NCBI GenBank assembly: GCA_013265495.1 | Contig: MU058337.1 | Span: forward strand, 7,174,716 to 7,238,715 | Direction of reading: 5' to 3' | Length of the DNA: 64,000 bases | DNA from: Vicugna vicugna | Taxonomy: Eukaryota | Part shown: positions 58,289 to 64,000 of the stretch, piece after piece | Position numbering within the stretch: position 1 is the stretch's first letter | How the letters are laid out: every line of letters starts with the position of its first letter | Position numbers and translations under genes: made by a program | The notes under the pieces: generated by a model | What the model was told of the DNA's origin: nothing | The model's database searches: none | Seen by the model: only the letters and a program-made list of their open reading frames with translations

Positions 58289-61138
58289 AAGATAAGACAG
58301 CCTCTCCTGTCTCAGAAGAGAGAAGCTCCTTCCAGAGTGGAGAATGAGTGGAGTCAGAGATGGGGCTATGTCCTCCCCTCCTGCCAAGGTAAGTCTGTGT
58401 GACGCATCCAGGGGGCCAGAGATGCTTTTTTAGGATCAGGAACAGCCTTCGTGATCACTGCAGGCAGAGGCTTGTGAAAGATGTGCCACGTGCCAGCTTG
58501 AGCATGAAGCTCTTCCTTCCAGAATTCTCACATTGCCCTCCCCAGGGCGGAGCTGATCAGAGCAGAGCGTGTGGTGATTTTCACTTGTTCTGGAAGCACC
58601 TTCTCCACGTAGATGCTCCAGGTACTGAGCCATCAAATCTGTGGGCACCACTTCAGAGTCTTACGGAAGTGACTCTCTGGCCCACTCCTTTAGAAAGCAA
58701 ACAAAAGTCCCACTGGAAGTCCCCCTGGCAGAGCTGTGGGCAGTGTGGCAAGCGGCTGGATGGGCTGGAGGCAGGAAGGAGAACCTTACGAAAGAGCCTA
58801 AAGGAATTAGCAGGAGTATGCTTGGCGACCACCTGGGGTAATCTGGTGGCTGGTGACAGTGATGGTCAGATGCAAAACACAGGCAGCCTCTGCTTTCTCA
58901 CCCGACCATCACCTTAGATGAGGAGGGAACCAGGTTCCCCATAGAGATAGTGAGTCAGACCTCATGGAGTAGAGTTTCATGGACTTGCTCCAGCTCTTCC
59001 TTCCTGACATGGAATAACTTCCCATGAAAATATTCCAAGGAGATACCCCATTGCCTTCATCCTTTATACTGAAGCCTTAGGGAAAAGACTCCTACTTCAC
59101 TGAAACAGATTCTCCCATATTTTCTGAGTGTTCATTCAGCCATGTGTGGATGTCCCCGGGGGTTACAAAGACACATTCATGACCAGATCCTCAATGTCTG
59201 TACCTGGCAGAGACTTGGGACACTAGTCAGCACCATTCTTGCGTGTGTTTGGTTTGGTTTTTTGTTACTGTCCACAAAGATCCTGCAGCCCTTACAGGAT
59301 TAAGGCACTGGAGTGAGAATAACCAACAAAGTAAATGCCAACAGGCATCTGTGTGCCGAAGCCACTGGGTAATGGGGGTATTTGGGCTTCATCTCATCAC
59401 TGAAATGTAGCCAAAAGCGGATGCAGAGCTGCCCCGGGTGAAGAGTGATGGCAGTCGTGTTGGCTTGGTCTGAGAATGTTCTCAGAGTGGTACCCACGTG
59501 AATACTCAACCCGGGGATGCCCTGAATTTCACTTTATGGACCTTTTCTGAGCTAGGAAAAATGCTTTCAGAAATCCCTCAGAGGAGCAGTGTTGAGCATT
59601 CTCAGACCCCCCGTCTCTCCCACTCTGTTCCGAGCCCCTTTTATAACCGCTACATTGAAGGCCATCATCAGCACCGGGAGTCTTTCTCAGCCTTTGCCGT
59701 TGTTAACTGTCAGTCATCACACTGCAAGTTTTTTTCACGTCCTGTTCCATTTTTGTGCTAATTCATCTTACTACTTCCTATCTAGAAATGAACCATATTT
59801 TAGCCAATACAGTGTTCAATGAAATCAGAACTCCACTTGGAAGAAAGCACATGCAAGACAAAACTGAAACATACTTACCCATGGAGGACACTAAGCATTC
59901 AGAGCCTGGTGTTCTCTGTAAAGAAAATGCACCTCCTCTGACCTGAATACCAGTGTACTTTGGAGCACGTGCATTGGCCTAACGTTACAGAGATGCTCCA
60001 ATAAAAACAATTTACCAATTGAAGAACAGTTGAAAATATTTTTTTTTATGGAGGCAGGGTGTAGTTTTTCTCTTAATAAAAAAATTTTACTCCTAAGCTA
60101 GGTCATATTCTTTTCACATTTAAAGCAGTGTGTCCTCATTTGGTCTGGAAATGTCAAAGAGAGCCTGAATGATTAATGGAGGTGCTTAGGAGGGGCTGAG
60201 GGCCCCGCCAATGCTTCACTGGGTTCCACAGGAAAGCAGTTAACCACTCCTGACCTCATCTCACTGGCTCTTAATCATATTGCAGGAAACTACGATGCAA
60301 TTTCAAAATGAATGAGGGTGATGCTTCTGGATCAGATGCAAGGCTTCAGATACAAGGCAGTGGCAGACTCCAGATCAGCCAGAGAGACTGCATGCTAATC
60401 GTCCCCAGGATGCAAAAGCCACTGACATCAGACGTTTTCTACCAAAATGGTTTCTCAGGATCAGTTTCTTGCCTAAGCATCACACACAAAAAACATTTTG
60501 AGGTTTCCCATGGCAACAAGCACGCATCCATCACATGGGTGTTTTCACATGGCTTTGCTTCCTGGGGGCTCTGAGCCCCTCTGCCTCAGCCCCCATCAGG
60601 AGCAGAGTGCACCGTAGTCTTCCGACTCTTCCTCCGGCTTTTCTTGTTGGAGCACAGGACAACACCTCCCTTTCCACTGCCGTGGTACCCAGAGTGTAAA
60701 AGCACACAGGTTATCAAGTCCGACTGCCGGAGGCTCCATCTTAGGGGTGGTATCCCCACCAATCAGCATCAATGTCCCCTGTTATGCTGCCCCTGGGCTT
60801 TGTCCACTGTTTAAGACTTTCTAATTGGAGACGTGCATTTCTTCTGGACTTTGATCTTCACTACAACCAGATAAGATGTCCTTAACGCCAGACCATCCCT
60901 TTTCAGCCCTGGATATCACCCACCCAACAAGCTGGAGTCCATAGACTCCTGATCCTAGTCCTGGGTCGGCCCAACATCACTGCTTCACGCATCTCCCCAT
61001 GGGCCTCTCTCCTCAGTGTGACAAGAGAGGAGGAGTTCCTGGACCAGGCAGACATGAGGTGGCCTCAGAGTCATTGTTAGAATCCCCAAGAATCAGCCTT
61101 ACCAGAGACAGGTGATCATGACGGCTGTCTCTGGAATC

Positions 61139-61295
61139 CAGTGGTTCTCAACGTGTGGTCCTGGGACCTGCAGCGTCAGCATCATCTGAGAGCTAGTTTG
61201 AAATGCACAGCTGTACTCAATCAGAAACTCTGGGCCAGGGGCCCAGCAGCGGGTACTTCAACGAGGCCTGCAGGTGATTCTGACATCCAGGGAAA
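61139..61295 (+). mobile_element. MER5A-like hAT MITE
   Basis: cagtggttctcaacgtgtggtcc...cagcatcatctg...aatcagaaactctggg...caggtgattctga. Confidence 0.75.
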
Positions 61296-62752
61296 GTGGG
61301 CAGAGGGCTTTGAGGGAGGCTTTGCTGACGTGCTGGGCCCTTCGTATACCTCCTTGTGATTCAGACTGTCACCCAGAGAACACACAGCCTTCAGCTGGCC
61401 CCCTGGGCCAGCAGGCCCTGACCACAGCCTGGGACTTGTGGAGTGCATCAGCAAGTCATCCAGATACCCAAAGACAACAGGTAAAGATTTCCTGGAACAA
61501 GAGCCTCTGAAGACAGAGGAGATGCAGCACAAACTGCATGGCATCACCGCCCTGGCTGGAAGTCTCCTCCACTCCAGAAAACAGGCCACGTGGTGGTGGC
61601 CTCAAAGGCCCACCCAGTGAAGACAACGGCTGAGAAAAGTTGATCTGGGAAATCCAGGACTGGAGGTAAGTAAGGGCCCTGATTTTGAATTTTGTGCATC
61701 CAGTAATCACTAACAAGGAACACGTTGCCTTGTTTTGAAAGCAAGCAAGAGAGAAATCCAAGACAGCTGGGAAGATGTAGGTTAGAATAAATTCCAATCT
61801 CAAGTTAATAATTCAGTATTTTACATTTATTGACTAATGTGCCAGGCATCATGCTAGTTTCTTGGTTGACCTGTAGAGCAACAGTGTGTGAAAATGTTTG
61901 CTGCAGGAGAAGTAGGAGGCAGTGGAAAGAATTGTGCTTGGAGTCTGACAACTTGGTTTGGGGGTCTCAGCTCTTCCAACTGACCATAACCTAACTGTGA
62001 GATAGGGTATAAACAGTAGTGGATTCGTGGGCTTTTTCTGATGGCTCAAGAAGAAAATGCCTGATCAGTGCTCAAGAAGTAATTTTTGGTTATGAATGGT
62101 TGCTCCCATTTTACACATAAGGAACTAAAAGCTTGGAGAGGCCAACCAGAGGTGCTCAAGCTGGTGGCGTGCTGAAATCACCAGCAGGGCTTTGCAGAGC
62201 CCAGAGATCCCACCTGCGCTCGGGACAGCCAGGGCTGAAACCAGTGCGTGAGTGAGTTGCCCGCGATCCCACAGCTGGCAGGTGGCAGGGCTGGGACTTG
62301 AGCCCAGGTGTCCTGATGCTGAAACCCAAGCCAGCTCAGGCGAGTAACAGGTAACACCTCTGAGGCACAGGGCAGGGGCAGTGAGAGGATGCCGGCCTCC
62401 ACGGGGCTTCCCCTGTCAATACTTGTCACATAGGGATGGTACATTCCCAGATTCCTGTTCAGAGTCTGCTGATCTCAGTGGGAGCAACTCTTTGGGGGAA
62501 TAGACAATGTTTGAAGTCCCAGAGAAGAATCTAAGGTTTTTCTTTTGATTAAAGGGATGACTCTGCCACTTAAAGAGAAAAGAAAAAGAAAGCTACCTCC
62601 TGACAACACACAGGGCTGTATAACGAACGAAGCACATTCATACTTATTTAACAGCTCTGTCACTTCCTAGCTGAGTGCCTTTGGGCAAGTTACTTAACCT
62701 CTCTGTTTCTCACTTTCCTCATCTGGAAAATTGGGATGGTAATAGTACCCAC

Positions 62753-63227
62753 TGTTGTGGGCACAATGGGGTGGCCAGTCGGTGACATGGTGACACGCGG
62801 GTTGGTAAAAGAGTTTACCAGAGAGTAAGTGTGGGAATAGGAAGGAGTTTATTAGATCACGCTACCATAGGCAACAACAGGCCACACAGACGAGAGGAGC
62901 CCGTGTGATCCTCAAGGGCCGGTTGTGAGGGTCTTTTATAAGGTCGGGTCACAAGGTGCCTGATTGGCTTGTGCACAAGTCTCTGATTGGTTGTAGGTGA
63001 GGTAAGAAGTTTAGGGTCCGTGAAGGGCGGGGGGGGGGGGGGTTTGTGACTCTGGTGAAGTGGGCAGCCGGGGCGATTGTGAGGTTAGGCATTACTTAGG
63101 GCTATTAGTTTGTTAGGGGAAACACGCCCAGTAAAGAATGTACTTTATCTGTTGAGGGATCACAGGCAGACACTGGAGAGCCCAGATAGGGGTCATTGGA
63201 CTTTGAAGGATGTCAGTGGCCCCAACA
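62753..63227 (-). mobile_element. Solo LTR (475 bp) inserted into a MIR (about 62660-63290)
   Basis: TGTTG...CAACA termini; degenerate TSD cccac/cctat; on the minus strand CCAAT x2, TATAA and AATAAA in LTR order; MIR core on both sides. Confidence 0.78.
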
Positions 63228-64000
63228 CCTATCCCAGTGTGTCTGTGATGACTGCATGTAAAGCCCTGGGGATAGTGACTGGCGTTTAGAAAGTGGGCAA
63301 TGATGTCAGCAATGATTACATTTGGATTTCACAAAATTGAACCCGAGTTTTCTAAGTTTAGGTCGGAAGGTGCTCTCCACCTGTACCTGACCCACACCGG
63401 TCTTGTCTTCATTGTCTCGCACCTGGGCTATTCAGTGGCAGCTTACCAGTGTGTCCCCGTCTCTCGGTCCTTCTTCATCCAATTCCTCTTTCTGCCTTTT
63501 TATTTATATATTTAAATTTTTTTATTTAGCCTTTATTTTTATTTAGTGTAATTTTCATCGTAAAAGCTAAATACTTTACCTTCCATTGTCAAGGTTAAAT
63601 AGAAGTAGTGAAAACTGTGGGGTAAGAAAAATCCATCAATAATCCCACTAAATCTGGTGCAACTCCTTGCCGCAGGGTTATGTCCTCAGCATACACTTCT
63701 TTACATCGTGGTTCTCATGCTCTAGGGTCCGTAAGAACCACCAGGACAGCTGGGGTAAAATTCAGTCTCCTGAGCTCTTGCCCCAGACATAGGGCTGGAC
63801 ACCTAGCTGCTCCCGAGAGCTTTGTCTTTGAAAAATATCTTTGCAGCATCAAGCACAGTCCTATCCTGTTTTGCCTATTCTTGGAAACACAAGCATTTTT
63901 CCGGGTTGCCACACAGGCTTCACAACCATAATTTGGCCTCTAGGGGCTTCCACGGGTCCTAATGCTCACCTGTCACAGTATGCGTGCATTTTCCTAGCTG

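Noticed and set aside
58399..58917. 172-aa ORF
   Set aside because: GTG start, no recognisable domain and no evident exon structure; likely chance
1..64000. CRISPR arrays, prokaryotic operons, NUMT or a second protein-coding gene
   Set aside because: No regularly spaced repeats or recognisable mitochondrial sequence, and no supportable exons beyond SLC15A1

Overview
Mammalian genomic DNA, most likely a camelid, judged from about 8 copies of a tRNA-Ala-derived vic-1-type SINE. Bases 1427-30434 (+) hold coding exons 2-23 of SLC15A1 (PEPT1, the H+/oligopeptide symporter). All introns are GT-AG, and with the expected 4-nt exon 1 (ATGG, upstream of the window) the CDS is 2127 nt (708 aa). A polyA signal lies at 30998. 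The remaining ~33 kb is intergenic and repeat-rich. It contains a young full-length LINE-1 (-, 47346-54557) with both ORFs open and a perfect 20-bp TSD, a retroposed 5S rRNA pseudogene, several solo LTRs, and old L1/L2/MIR/MER fragments. The most notable observations are: (1) a tandem duplication across the exon-17 splice acceptor whose upstream copy carries an in-frame 12-bp deletion; (2) loss of the PEPT1 N50 glycosylation sequon and of two predicted PKC sites; (3) an intact L1 with a YADD RT motif and a long inter-ORF spacer containing an ORF; (4) a poly(A)-only retro-insertion scar; (5) a GATA/AP-1/KLF motif cluster that may be an enhancer. I found no convincing wholly new multi-gene system. 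Repeat family names are from recalled consensus sequences, not from a database search.
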